This document shows positions 37,047 through 49,423 of a DNA stretch of 64,000 nucleotides, piece by piece (within the stretch, counting starts at the first letter, position 1; each line of letters begins with the position of its first letter). The DNA comes from a bacterium (GTDB taxonomy: Bacteria; SAR324; XYD2-FULL-50-16), in assembly GCA_032250835.1 (NCBI GenBank), contig JAVVEA010000008.1, positions 64,001 to 128,000 of the forward strand. Reading direction: 5' to 3'. The notes below the pieces were generated by a model. That model was not told the DNA's origin. It saw nothing but the letters and a program-made list of their open reading frames with translations, and made no database searches. Made by a program: the position numbers and the translations under genes.

Positions 37047-38798
37047 TTAGGACTCGTCCGAGTCTTGCTGTAGGCGCTGTAACTGTTGCAGCATCTGTTC
37101 TAAACCGCCGTGGTTAGAGCTAGGCTCTTTGTCTTCGGGCAATAAGTGGTCTAGCCCCTTGGAGTGTAAGAGGGTCCGCAAAAGGCTCATGCGCTCCTTG
37201 GCGCTTATTAGCCAATGTGCACTTACGGCCCGCTGGGTCGGTAAGGCGCGGTAGTAGGCAAAACACTCAATGAGAAGGTCTTGGATTTCCCGCTCTTCAA
37301 AGTCCCCTGCGTTAAGTTGGCGGACAACCATTTCGTCGAAGATAGCTGCTTTCTGCCAGAAGAAATAGGCCCGACTCACGCCGGGTTGATCATCAGCCAA
37401 CTGACTCTCTGCCTGACAGGAGGCGCTTAAGGCCTCTTCCAATTCCCCACGTTGGAAATAGATTTGGGTCAGTTTGCCCCAACATTGGCCGGCCCGCGCA
37501 CAATTCTGGGTCCCTTTCAGTGCTAGTTCGTAGGCCCGTTTGAGGTCGCCTTTACTGTAGTAATAGCTTGCTATGTTGGAGTAACTCCGTTCGTCTTCGG
37601 GTAGATGACTGCGGAACTGTTTGTTGAGTTCAACGGCTTCTTCGAACCTTCCCTGCCCGAAGAGATAGTCTTCGGCAAAAACAAAGGCCCGCCAGTTCCA
37701 TAGCTCCCACGCAAGTTCGCATAGGATATCATACTGATTTTGAGCCGTCTGGATGTCACCTGCTTTGTTTGCATAATGCAACGCATCTGCGTTGAGGTCG
37801 ATGTCATTTTTAAAGTATTGGAGACCCAACTGGGCTACCTGGAAGGCTTCAACGAAGAGATCAGAACGAGCGTATTCGGCGGCGAGGTTGTGGAAGTCGT
37901 TTGGATCTCCTTTGATTTTATCTTCCAAAATTTGCCGTTGGATTTGCAGGGCTAAGTCGATCTGTTTTTTCGAATTCCCTTCCGGGGAAAGCAATTCAAC
38001 AACCAAGTTGTGAGCTTGCCCAATGCTCGCCATTCGCTTGATCTGGTGAGACGACTCTTGAAATTTTTCAAGCCAGTCATAACCTTTTACGGACTCGAGA
38101 TGCTTTTTAACCTTGGTGTCAAAAGTGTTATATTGTTTTTGCAGCGCTTCCGTCTTGTCTTCCACAGCCTCATCCAGAGCTTCTTTGGCTACTTGACCGA
38201 TCAAGTGTTCGAAGCTCTTGAACTGAGCATTAGCTTCTTGGGCGTATTGATGCCGGGCTTCTTGCGCCAGCTTGCGTTCGGCCATCATCTGTTCTTGCAA
38301 GGATTGGCGCAGTTCCTCAATATTTCGGTCAAAGCCCTCAAAACGTTTGAGGCCGCTAGTGCTGAGCAAGATGGTAAAGATCAACACCATCACCGGCACC
38401 ACAATTTTGATCAAGTCTTCACCGGCAAAGGCACCGGTATAGGCGTTGTGCTGGATATTGGATGGCGGCTTGCTGTCGCTCGTTGCGTCGCTGGCTAGAC
38501 TGATTTGAACTGTGTTCTGCTGGGCCTTGGCAAAGAATTCTAGATCTTCAAGGAACCGGTCTGAGGGGAACATATTGTAGAGCACCAAAAAGGCCCCCAA
38601 CACCACGGTCGTAACCAGCGATAGCTGGAGGACTTCAAACCACCAAGTTTTTTCCCGCCTTTTTTCCTGTTGGGTTAGCTGACTTTGTAGGTTTTCGACC
38701 GATATCTGGAGCTCCTCGCAGCGGCGCTGTATAGGAGTTAGCAGTTCATTGACTCGCGGTTCTAGCGAATCCGATTCGGAAGGTTTGTTGGGTTCCAT
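37047..38798 (-). CDS. Membrane-anchored coiled-coil and TPR-repeat protein
   Basis: Two hydrophobic helices, Q/E-rich coiled coil, TPR-like helices (YSNIASYYYSKGDLKRA); GAGGAGG RBS. Confidence 0.7.
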   Translation of the reverse strand: MEPNKPSESDSLEPRVNELLTPIQRRCEELQISVENLQSQLTQQEKRREKTWWFEVLQLSLVTTVVLGAFLVLYNMFPSDRFLEDLEFFAKAQQNTVQISLASDATSDSKPPSNIQHNAYTGAFAGEDLIKIVVPVMVLIFTILLSTSGLKRFEGFDRNIEELRQSLQEQMMAERKLAQEARHQYAQEANAQFKSFEHLIGQVAKEALDEAVEDKTEALQKQYNTFDTKVKKHLESVKGYDWLEKFQESSHQIKRMASIGQAHNLVVELLSPEGNSKKQIDLALQIQRQILEDKIKGDPNDFHNLAAEYARSDLFVEAFQVAQLGLQYFKNDIDLNADALHYANKAGDIQTAQNQYDILCELAWELWNWRAFVFAEDYLFGQGRFEEAVELNKQFRSHLPEDERSYSNIASYYYSKGDLKRAYELALKGTQNCARAGQCWGKLTQIYFQRGELEEALSASCQAESQLADDQPGVSRAYFFWQKAAIFDEMVVRQLNAGDFEEREIQDLLIECFAYYRALPTQRAVSAHWLISAKERMSLLRTLLHSKGLDHLLPEDKEPSSNHGGLEQMLQQLQRLQQDSDES

Positions 38799-38938
38799 GG
38801 GCCTCCTCAGTTAGGGTTTGGCTAAACCTACCAACTGAAGGGGGCAGAGCCCAGGACATTAATGGGACATTGGGTCAGCATCCTGGACAAAAATGGGACA
38901 GGTAAAGAGGGGGTCCCCAGAGGGTAGCGGGGCTTTTT

Positions 38939-39211
38939 TTAATCCTTCGGGGCGGGCGGATCTTGGGGGGGGGCTTGCTGGTCGTCGTCACCGGCCATGT
39001 AAAACCCGGCGTCGCCCTCTTCGAGCTTGACGCGGGTGAAGTACAAAATCCCGGTGGTGATGCCCATGGTGATCAGGCAGAGCCAAAGGTCTTCGGTAAA
39101 GCCTTCGCCCGCAAAGAGGTGGCGGGGCGTAAAATAGCTGAGGTACCCGGCGCACCACAAAAACACAGCCAAAACCAAGAGACGCACAAAGGGGCGGATC
39201 GCATCGAACAT
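38939..39211 (-). CDS. Small two-TM hypothetical protein
   Basis: ATG 39211 after AGGAG; two hydrophobic helices and an acidic/Pro tail. Confidence 0.6.
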   Translation of the reverse strand: MFDAIRPFVRLLVLAVFLWCAGYLSYFTPRHLFAGEGFTEDLWLCLITMGITTGILYFTRVKLEEGDAGFYMAGDDDQQAPPQDPPAPKD

Positions 39212-39257
39212 ATAAACTCCTAAAGAAGGCCTTAAGTCTAAGCCGACCAAAAGGCCC

Positions 39258-39306
39258 GGTCAAGTCCGCTGGCGCAGGCGGTCAAATAGCTGGCGTTTCG
39301 GGTCAA
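39258..39306 (+). promoter_or_regulatory. Direct repeats with 21-bp period, probable AraC-family activator site
   Basis: GCTGGCG-N5-GGTCAA at 39268 and 39289, plus GGTCAA at 39258, upstream of the OMP gene next to an AraC gene. Confidence 0.55.
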
Positions 39307-39369
39307 TATTTCTCAAGCAAGCCTGACTAAACTAAACTTATTAGATAAATCTGTTTTAGGGAGGTCCCG

Positions 39370-39882
39370 ATGAAGCTATGGCTAGCGATAATTTTCATTT
39401 TGTTGATTGGCCCTGCTCCGGTGAGGGCAGGCTGGGAATTAGAAGTGGACCCCTTTGCTTACGGGCTTAAGGGCTATTCGGGGCATCTCGCCTGGGCCGC
39501 GTCGGACTGGCGTGTGGATGCTGGCGTCTTCGGTTTAGAAACGCCCACAGGATACTACCAGGAACATTGGGTGGTGAAAATGGACGGTTACGGCGCCAAG
39601 CTGCATTTTCTGAGTGACGGCGCTTTTTTTTGGGGCCTCGCTGCGGGCGGGGGGCATTTGACCTTTGGGCGCGACGATCTAGCATCAGAGCAAGTTAGAA
39701 ACTTTACTAGCAGCGGCCTGGAGGCTGGCTGGCGCTTTGGTACCGGCAACTGGTATTGGGTACCCTGGGTTGGGGTCAATCGCTTTGCTATTGCTGGCGA
39801 GCCCGTTGATTGGGCCGGGGATACCTTGGAAATGCCGGGTTGGCAGGTTTTCCCTACCATACACCTAGGCTTTCGTTTTTAG
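39370..39882 (+). CDS. Small outer-membrane beta-barrel protein
   Basis: Signal peptide, ELEVDPFAY, C-terminal FPTIHLGFRF beta-signal. Confidence 0.65.
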   Translation: MKLWLAIIFILLIGPAPVRAGWELEVDPFAYGLKGYSGHLAWAASDWRVDAGVFGLETPTGYYQEHWVVKMDGYGAKLHFLSDGAFFWGLAAGGGHLTFGRDDLASEQVRNFTSSGLEAGWRFGTGNWYWVPWVGVNRFAIAGEPVDWAGDTLEMPGWQVFPTIHLGFRF

Positions 39883-40881
39883 CCTAAAATCACGGGGGCT
39901 GAGCCCGGTCCAGCGCTTGAAGGCACGGGTGAAGGCGCTGGTCTCGGAAAAGCCGAGTAAAAAGGCGATTTCGGTGATGTTCAATTGGGCTTGAGCCAGA
40001 TGGATCTGGGCCCACTGTTGCCGGGCTTGTTCCACCATCTGGCGGAACTGGAGCCCCTGCTCGCCGAGTTTTCGTTGCAAGCTGCGCGGGCTCATACCCA
40101 AGCGGCGGGCGACCAGAGTTTGATCTAGGTTTTCTAGCGGGAGGGCTTCATTGATGACCCGTTGGACCTGGGCGGTCCAATCCTCGGCGGGGGGGATTTC
40201 GGCCAGCGCCTTTTGGGCTGCTTCGTCTAAGACCGCCTTCAGGCCTGAGTCTTGGCCTCCGCGCAAGGGGAGGTCCCATTGACCTGGCGCAAAGATGAGG
40301 CGGTTTTCCTCCTGGTCCCAAAGCCGGTCGATCCCTTGGAATATCCGCTCAAAAGCTGGGCCTAAGGGTTGGGCCGGGCCTTGGAAATGAAGGGCCAGCA
40401 AGCGGGGCTTTTGAAGCGTTTCCTGGCAAGCGATAATATACAACGAGGCCAGGGTAAACTGGCTAGCTGCCGGGCCGGGACCGCTTCGGAGTTCTGAAAA
40501 AGAATGGCACAGGGCTGGGTGTTCCCCAATGTTGCGCAAGCTCAGCCGCGCTTCGTCGTGGATCAGCCGGTGGTAGCGGGCAATACAGCGGAAGAGATTT
40601 CCCAGGTTGTCTTGGGCCGTCATCAAGTAGCCCAACAGCCCCAACATGCGGGCCTCGGCTTGTTCGGCTAATTTGAACCCGATCTCTGGGTCTTGGGCGG
40701 CCGCTAAATCCCACAATAAAAGTTCTGTTTGTAGCGGAACTTTTTGGTTGTAGGTGAGGCCTGTCAGCTTGCTACCCACCTGACGGATCAGCTGGCTTTC
40801 TTCAATACCGCTCTGCAAGAGAAAATCCCATAGCGCTTGGGCGATCAGGGCCGGGCTGCCCTTTCCCTGCCAGTCCTTCAA
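39865..40881 (-). CDS. AraC family transcriptional regulator
   Basis: C-terminal VARRLGMSPRSLQRKL...EIAFLLGFSETSAFTRAFKRWTG; N-terminal ligand domain with LGLLGY. Confidence 0.93.
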   Translation of the reverse strand: MKDWQGKGSPALIAQALWDFLLQSGIEESQLIRQVGSKLTGLTYNQKVPLQTELLLWDLAAAQDPEIGFKLAEQAEARMLGLLGYLMTAQDNLGNLFRCIARYHRLIHDEARLSLRNIGEHPALCHSFSELRSGPGPAASQFTLASLYIIACQETLQKPRLLALHFQGPAQPLGPAFERIFQGIDRLWDQEENRLIFAPGQWDLPLRGGQDSGLKAVLDEAAQKALAEIPPAEDWTAQVQRVINEALPLENLDQTLVARRLGMSPRSLQRKLGEQGLQFRQMVEQARQQWAQIHLAQAQLNITEIAFLLGFSETSAFTRAFKRWTGLSPRDFRLKTKA

Positions 40882-42137
40882 GCTTCCTCGATCAAGCGCA
40901 ACGCCAAAGGCCGCCAGAATTCTTTCATCGCCAAGGTGGCAAAGCGGGCGGGGTCTAGGGTCTTGCCTTCTAAGGCGCGGTCCAAGGGCCAGAGGGGGTG
41001 GCCGCCTTCAAAGTAGCGGCCCGTGGTCAAGATGGGGGCCTCGGGGCCCACTAGGTCGAGCTCGCTGGCATAGGGGGCTAAGGCCAGCTCTTCGGCGAAA
41101 CGGGGCAGATAGTCTACCTGGGCGAAACTGCCCAGGCAATGCAGCCCCAATCTAAAGCGCAACAGCAAGAAACAGAGCCAGACGCCGGGAGCCAAAGTTC
41201 CGGTTTCTAAGGCTGTCGCCAGTTGGTCTAAGTCCAAAGGCTCGGGGGCCGTCTTTTCGTTGGTCAATTCCCCGTCTAAGTAGCGGCAGGCCAACACTTT
41301 ATTTGATTTTTTGCCCTGGTAATGGGCCAGGAAGTTCATCTCCGGGCTTTGCCAGTGTCCCGTCAGGACTTCTAAAATCCAGGGGTCCCGCTGGCGGATC
41401 AAGGCGCTTAAATAGCTCGCCGCTAAGCCATTGAGGTCTAACATCAAATACCGCCGCCCAGCAAAGACGGCCTGTTGCACCGCCGCCGCACTGCGCCCGG
41501 CCCAGCTGGTCCAGTTGTCGTCAGATTGCGGTTTGGCCAAGAGCCGCCGCACTTCGGGCTGCAATTCGGCTAACCGGGCTGCAAAATCTTCGGGCAGTCC
41601 ACTGCCGTAAACCAACTGGTCACGCATCTTCGAGGGGATCAGGCTGATCCGGCGGTCCTCCTCACCGTGGGCTTCTCGCTCGCGGGCCGCGGCCAAGGCC
41701 TTGGCGAAGCCCGGACGGGCCGGGTCCATCAAGCGCTCTAAGTCCAGATAACCATAGCTGAGCGCGCCGCTCCAGGCACTATTGGAAAAGGCCACCCCGC
41801 TGGCCGCGGCAATCAGGTAGAGGCGGTGCGGCGGCAGGCCCGAGAGGCTGATCAAGTCGATGGTGGTGAAGGTGGGCCCGAAGCTAGGGGTGACGTGGTG
41901 CGAGCACTGCAACACCGGCAGGTTCGGCAACTGCTCGGCGGCCTCAAGCGCCAGCTCCCGGCCCCAGTGGGCCGCCTCGACCTGCTGGACCAGTAGGTCC
42001 AAAAACTCCTGGGGCAGTTTGAGGGGAGGCACCCGGTAGAGCCTAGCTGCATAGTCGGCTAGCGGTGTTTCCCAGTCGGCGGCAAAGGCCTGGGCTAACT
42101 GGGGGCGGTGGGGCTTTAGCAGGCTCAGGTCGATCAT
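40878..42137 (-). CDS. Hypothetical cytoplasmic enzyme-like protein
   Basis: 419 aa, coupled by ATGA overlaps on both sides; motif-like segments QCSHHVTP, SGVAFSNS and CLGSFAQVDYL. Confidence 0.7.
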   Translation of the reverse strand: MIDLSLLKPHRPQLAQAFAADWETPLADYAARLYRVPPLKLPQEFLDLLVQQVEAAHWGRELALEAAEQLPNLPVLQCSHHVTPSFGPTFTTIDLISLSGLPPHRLYLIAAASGVAFSNSAWSGALSYGYLDLERLMDPARPGFAKALAAAREREAHGEEDRRISLIPSKMRDQLVYGSGLPEDFAARLAELQPEVRRLLAKPQSDDNWTSWAGRSAAAVQQAVFAGRRYLMLDLNGLAASYLSALIRQRDPWILEVLTGHWQSPEMNFLAHYQGKKSNKVLACRYLDGELTNEKTAPEPLDLDQLATALETGTLAPGVWLCFLLLRFRLGLHCLGSFAQVDYLPRFAEELALAPYASELDLVGPEAPILTTGRYFEGGHPLWPLDRALEGKTLDPARFATLAMKEFWRPLALRLIEEA

Positions 42138-43576
42138 TTTTTAGGCGGCTGGTCCAAAGCGGCGACTTTCTGGTCCACCAATGCGGCAATTTTGCGCTGC
42201 ATCCCGCCAAAGTCGCCGTTGCTCATCACTAAAATAATGTCGCCCGGTTGGGCCTTCTGGGCCGCCTCTTGGGCCATTAGGTCTAGGTCTTCCCCGACTT
42301 GAGCCGTCAATCCTTTGGCCTGCAATTCCTTGCAGATCAGGCCTAAGTCTAGGCGCTCGGCGGGTTTGAGCCGCTCGGCGCGGAACAGGGGCGAAAAGGA
42401 CACCTCGTTGGCGCCTTCAAAGGCCCAGGCCATCCGTTCTTGGTGTATCCGCCGCACCGAGGTGTTGGACTTGGGCTCATAGATCGCGTGGATGCGCGCC
42501 TCGGGCCAGGCAGCGCGGACGGCTCCTAAGGTCTCGTGGATCGCGGTGGGGTGGTGGGCGAAGTCGTCGAAAACCCGGATGGTTTCTTGCTTGCTGACCA
42601 ACTGCAAGCGGCGTTTGACGTGTTTGTAGCTGTCTAAGGCCGCTTGGATGGCGGCGGGCTCGATGCCTTCTTCTAGGGCCAAGAGGATCACACCGGTGGC
42701 GTTGCGCACGTTGAACTCGCCCATTAAGGGGATTTCAAAGGGGTAGACTCGTCCGGCATAATGCAACTCAAAGCTCATCCCCACGCGGCCCATCCGGGGC
42801 TGCATCTTTTCGATCCGCCCATCGTTGCCTTCCCCGGTGCCGAAGGTGACCACCCGGCTGTAGCCCTGCCCGGCGACTTCGACGGCGTTGGGGTCGTCTC
42901 CGTTGGCCAAGATCAAGCCATTTTCTGGGATCTGGCGCAGCATCAAAACAAAGCTGCGCTTGATCTGCTCAAGGTTGTCGAAGATGTCGGCGTGGTCAAA
43001 CTCAATGTTGTTGATGATCAGGCAATCGGGCAGATAGTGGAAAAATTTGCTGCGCTTGTCGAACAGACTGGTGTCGTATTCGTCACCCTCGACCACAAAA
43101 TACCCGCCGGGCTCTACGTCCTTGGAGCTGGTCCCGAAGTTCTCGGGCACCCCGCCGATCAAAAAGCCCGTGGGCTTGCCGCAGGCCGTAAAGACATGGG
43201 CGGCCAAGGTGGTGGTGCTGGTCTTGCCGTGGGTGCCGGTGATCACCAAGGAGCGCCGTCCCCGGATGAATTCGTTTTTGAGCAATTCGGCCATGCTCAA
43301 ATAATGCAAGTGGGCCTTTAAGGCATATTCCACTTCGGCGTTGCCCCGGCTGAGCGCGTTGCCCAGCACCACATAATCCGGTGCCGGGTCCAAGTGCTCG
43401 GCGGCGTAGCCTTCCATCACCGGGATGCCGTTTTCTTCAAGCAAGGTAGACATGGGCGGGTAGACATTCTGGTCGCTACCGGTGATCCGGTGGCCCCGGA
43501 TTTTTAGTAACACCGCCAAGGAAGCCATGGCGGTGCCGCAGATACCCGAAAAGTGAAAGTGCAACTTAGCGGACAT
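42134..43576 (-). CDS. mpl: Murein peptide ligase (MurC/Mpl family)
   Basis: GICGTAM, GSDQNVYPPMS, GTHGKTST, EGDEYDT, KRSKF, EFDHADIF, DDFAHHPT. Confidence 0.92.
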   Translation of the reverse strand: MSAKLHFHFSGICGTAMASLAVLLKIRGHRITGSDQNVYPPMSTLLEENGIPVMEGYAAEHLDPAPDYVVLGNALSRGNAEVEYALKAHLHYLSMAELLKNEFIRGRRSLVITGTHGKTSTTTLAAHVFTACGKPTGFLIGGVPENFGTSSKDVEPGGYFVVEGDEYDTSLFDKRSKFFHYLPDCLIINNIEFDHADIFDNLEQIKRSFVLMLRQIPENGLILANGDDPNAVEVAGQGYSRVVTFGTGEGNDGRIEKMQPRMGRVGMSFELHYAGRVYPFEIPLMGEFNVRNATGVILLALEEGIEPAAIQAALDSYKHVKRRLQLVSKQETIRVFDDFAHHPTAIHETLGAVRAAWPEARIHAIYEPKSNTSVRRIHQERMAWAFEGANEVSFSPLFRAERLKPAERLDLGLICKELQAKGLTAQVGEDLDLMAQEAAQKAQPGDIILVMSNGDFGGMQRKIAALVDQKVAALDQPPKK

Positions 43577-43581
43577 ATTGC

Positions 43582-43974
43582 CTAATAGTGGGAATGGTCG
43601 ATATGGGCAATCAGGTCGATCTCAACCCGGCAGTTCTTGGGCAGACGGGCCACCTCGACGCAGGCGCGGGCCGGGCGGTTCTCGCCCATATATTCGGCGT
43701 AGATGGTATTCATGGCGGCGAAGTCGCCTAGGTCCTTTAAATAGACCGTCGCCTTGATCACTTGGCTAAAGTCCGCATGGGCCTCGGCCAGGACGTTGCC
43801 TAAGTTACTCATGACCTGATGCATCTGGGTCCGGAAATCCTCGCCGGCCAATTCACCGGTGGCGGGGTCCACCGGAATCTGACCGGCGGTATATAAAAAG
43901 TCTCCGGCCAAAACGGCGTGAGAATAGGGCCCAAAGGCTTCGGGAGCACCCTCGGTATTGATCATCTTGTGCAT
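43582..43974 (-). CDS. ridA: RidA/YjgF family imine deaminase
   Basis: GPYSHA, GQIP, FAAMNTIY, PARACVEVARLPK. Confidence 0.9.
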   Translation of the reverse strand: MHKMINTEGAPEAFGPYSHAVLAGDFLYTAGQIPVDPATGELAGEDFRTQMHQVMSNLGNVLAEAHADFSQVIKATVYLKDLGDFAAMNTIYAEYMGENRPARACVEVARLPKNCRVEIDLIAHIDHSHY

Positions 43975-43995
43975 GGCTACCTTTGCAAGTTAGAT

Positions 43996-46677
<2,682 letters not shown>

Positions 46678-46806
46678 CGCTACATGGGGCTGACAAAGGT
46701 TCTCTTTCTTCTACCCCCAAGGGCCTCGCTGGCGCAACCCAAGAAAAAGGGACTGTTCTATGGGGTCCAAATCGGTTAGTCTGGAAGTCATTAATTTGGG
46801 GGTTCT

Positions 46807-49389
46807 ATGTGGCCGATATTTTTGATTATTTTAGGGTTGGTCGGTGGGGGGGATCTGTATGCTTTGGATTTATCTCCCCAAAAAGGCGCGGTTCAGGTGG
46901 TTCAGGTCGAGCGCCTTAGCGACCCTTTGGGCCAATGGGAGGTGCAAGACCTCGACCTGCTTGATTTCAACCACCCGCCCGAATCAACCGCCCCCGGTAA
47001 GGGTACCCCGACGCTATGGCTGCGCCTTGAGGTCCACAATCCTTTGGCGAATCCACAAACTTGGTTCCTGCGCTTTGAAGACCCGGTGGACCGTCCGGTA
47101 AGGATGTTTTTACTGGGCTCCTTGGGCATTTTTAGCTCACAAACCAGCTTAGGCAACATCCCCTTTGGCCCCGAAGGGTTCCAGCCCTTCCATAGCCACC
47201 CGGTCTTTGGGTTGTCTCTGGCGGGCTATCAAAACCGGCAGATTATCTTAAAATTGGTCTTGGAGCCCCGCTACCTACAAGACAACCCCCGCATTAGCCT
47301 ACTGACGCCGAAGGCCTATGCCGAGGCCCAAGGGGAACAACGGTTGGCCCAGGGAGCCTATCTGGGCTTGGTTTTGGCTTTGGTCCTGCTCTCGTTGTTT
47401 GGTTGGTTGCACCGCCGCCACCGGGGCTATCTTTACTTCGGCCTGAGCCTTCTTTTCTTGGCCGGGGCGCAGGTTTTTTTGACCGGACAGGGGTTAGAAT
47501 TTTTGTGGCACCCCCGCTTTCGGCTCTACCCGCAAATTTGGGGGCAGGCCTTGGCCTGCTTAGGCTTGCTGGCGCTAACGTTGTTTTATCGGCGCGGGTT
47601 AGGGCTAGGTGCGGGGCTGCGGCGTAGTCTTGATGGTTTGTTGGCGGTCCAGTTGTTGGCCTTGGCTTTGGGGCCGCTCTATGGGTTTTGGATCAACCCC
47701 GACCTGCCTTGGTTGGGCCTGTTGGCCTTGCTCAGCCTGAGCGGTTGGGCCTTGGCGTTGTCCGAAAGACCGAACCTCCGGTGGCAATTGCCCGCCGCCG
47801 CGCTGCTGGTCGCTTCGCTCTTTTCCCCCTGGTTTAACGCCTTGGCCTGGATGGCTCCGGTGGCTCAGTTTCTCGCCTTGGCGTTGTTTGTGTGGCAACG
47901 CTCTCAGGCTTCGGACCAAACCTATTTTGATAAAATCGCGAAATTTTCCGGTGAAATCCGGTTGCGGGATGAATATGTCTTGAGCCTTGAAGCAAAGATC
48001 AACGAGCGGACCCAGTCGCTGTTGGTCGCCAAAGCCAATGCAGAGGAAAGCAACCGCGAGCGGGCCGAATTGCTGGAAATATTGGTCCGGCGTCTGGCCG
48101 GGCAACTGACGCCCGAACAGCCCCAACTAGAAACGATGGTCCAAGACCTCTTGGACTATGCCCGTTTGTCCCAGGCCCTTCCCGCCGCCGAAGCAGTAGA
48201 GCCGGTGGCCGAGCTACGGGCCTTGGCGGGTATCTGCCTGCCCCAGGCCTTAGCGGCTCAAATTACCTTCACCATCGAATGCCCAGACGACCTCCCCGCC
48301 CGGCTGATGCTCTGCCGTCCGGTTTTTTGGCAAATTGGTCTGCGGCTCTTTGAGGTGGGGATGCGCTTAGATGCCGGGGGTGCTTTGCGGATGGCGTTGA
48401 GCCAACCGCTGGCCGGAGAATTGCGGCTTTCTGTTTGGATCGCCGGGTTAGAAGGGACTGAAGACGAGATGGTCCAGTACGTTAGCCCCCTGGCCCAGTC
48501 AGGCTCTATGTCCTTGGCGGTGGTCAAAGGCTGGACCGAAGCATTGGGCGGGGAGATGCGCTTTGAAGCAGCCCATGGGGGGCAATGGGTTCATGCGCTG
48601 TTGCCGGTGGCTCCGGCCACTGGGGACTGGCGCGAAAGGCCCTTTGAAGGGCAAAGGGCTCAGGTGGTCGCCGCTAGCAGCCTTAAAAACCGCGCCATCC
48701 GCCTAGCCCTAGCCGCTTTGGGGGTCGAGTCCTTGCCGCCAGTTGAGCCCCAGGACTTTGAGGGGGCCGATTGGTTGGTGTTGGGGGAGTTGGCCAGTTG
48801 GGCTGGTGCCGAGGCATGGCGCGAAGCGGCCCAGAGAACCTCCACCGCCCTGGTCGACTTGGCTTTGGACCGGAACTTGGCGGGCTTGGATTTAGATTCT
48901 TTAGCCGCAGCCCTACAGGACCCGCCCCAAAGGGTCGAAACGCCCCTGGTGGCACCGATCGAAGGGAGTCTGGCCGAGCGGCTGCCCCTGAGGATCGCGG
49001 TGGCCGAAGACGACCCGACCAGCCGCGTTTATCTGCAAAAAATGCTGGAGTACCAAGGCTATCAGCCCCAGGTGGTGACGAACGGCAAGAAGCTGGTAGA
49101 GCTTCTGCGGCAGGTTGAGGTGGATGTGGTGTTGTTGGACGTGCGGATGCCGGTGATGGACGGCTTAGAAGCGGCGCGGAGAATCCGCGCGCGCCTGGGG
49201 CCCGACCGCACCCCCTTGTTGGTGGCCCTGACTTCCAATGCCTTAGAGCAGGACGAAGCCTTGTATCTGTCTATCGGGTTGGATGGATTCTTAGTTAAGC
49301 CCTTGTTGCCAGACAGTATGGAGCGCTTGGCCCTGGGGTGGAGTCGAAAAATAGCGGCAAAAAGAAAAACGGCGGGTCCCTTGGCTTGA
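46807..49389 (+). CDS. 7TM-DISM hybrid sensor with degenerate histidine kinase core and C-terminal receiver domain
   Basis: DISMED2-like periplasmic domain (LWLRLEVHNP), 7TM region, kinase boxes lacking His/Asn/Gly consensus, intact REC (AEDD, LLDVRMP, LTS, KP). Confidence 0.75.
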   Translation: MWPIFLIILGLVGGGDLYALDLSPQKGAVQVVQVERLSDPLGQWEVQDLDLLDFNHPPESTAPGKGTPTLWLRLEVHNPLANPQTWFLRFEDPVDRPVRMFLLGSLGIFSSQTSLGNIPFGPEGFQPFHSHPVFGLSLAGYQNRQIILKLVLEPRYLQDNPRISLLTPKAYAEAQGEQRLAQGAYLGLVLALVLLSLFGWLHRRHRGYLYFGLSLLFLAGAQVFLTGQGLEFLWHPRFRLYPQIWGQALACLGLLALTLFYRRGLGLGAGLRRSLDGLLAVQLLALALGPLYGFWINPDLPWLGLLALLSLSGWALALSERPNLRWQLPAAALLVASLFSPWFNALAWMAPVAQFLALALFVWQRSQASDQTYFDKIAKFSGEIRLRDEYVLSLEAKINERTQSLLVAKANAEESNRERAELLEILVRRLAGQLTPEQPQLETMVQDLLDYARLSQALPAAEAVEPVAELRALAGICLPQALAAQITFTIECPDDLPARLMLCRPVFWQIGLRLFEVGMRLDAGGALRMALSQPLAGELRLSVWIAGLEGTEDEMVQYVSPLAQSGSMSLAVVKGWTEALGGEMRFEAAHGGQWVHALLPVAPATGDWRERPFEGQRAQVVAASSLKNRAIRLALAALGVESLPPVEPQDFEGADWLVLGELASWAGAEAWREAAQRTSTALVDLALDRNLAGLDLDSLAAALQDPPQRVETPLVAPIEGSLAERLPLRIAVAEDDPTSRVYLQKMLEYQGYQPQVVTNGKKLVELLRQVEVDVVLLDVRMPVMDGLEAARRIRARLGPDRTPLLVALTSNALEQDEALYLSIGLDGFLVKPLLPDSMERLALGWSRKIAAKRKTAGPLA

Positions 49390-49423
49390 TCAATTGAATC
49401 ACTCAGGGTAACTTAAGGGCCAT

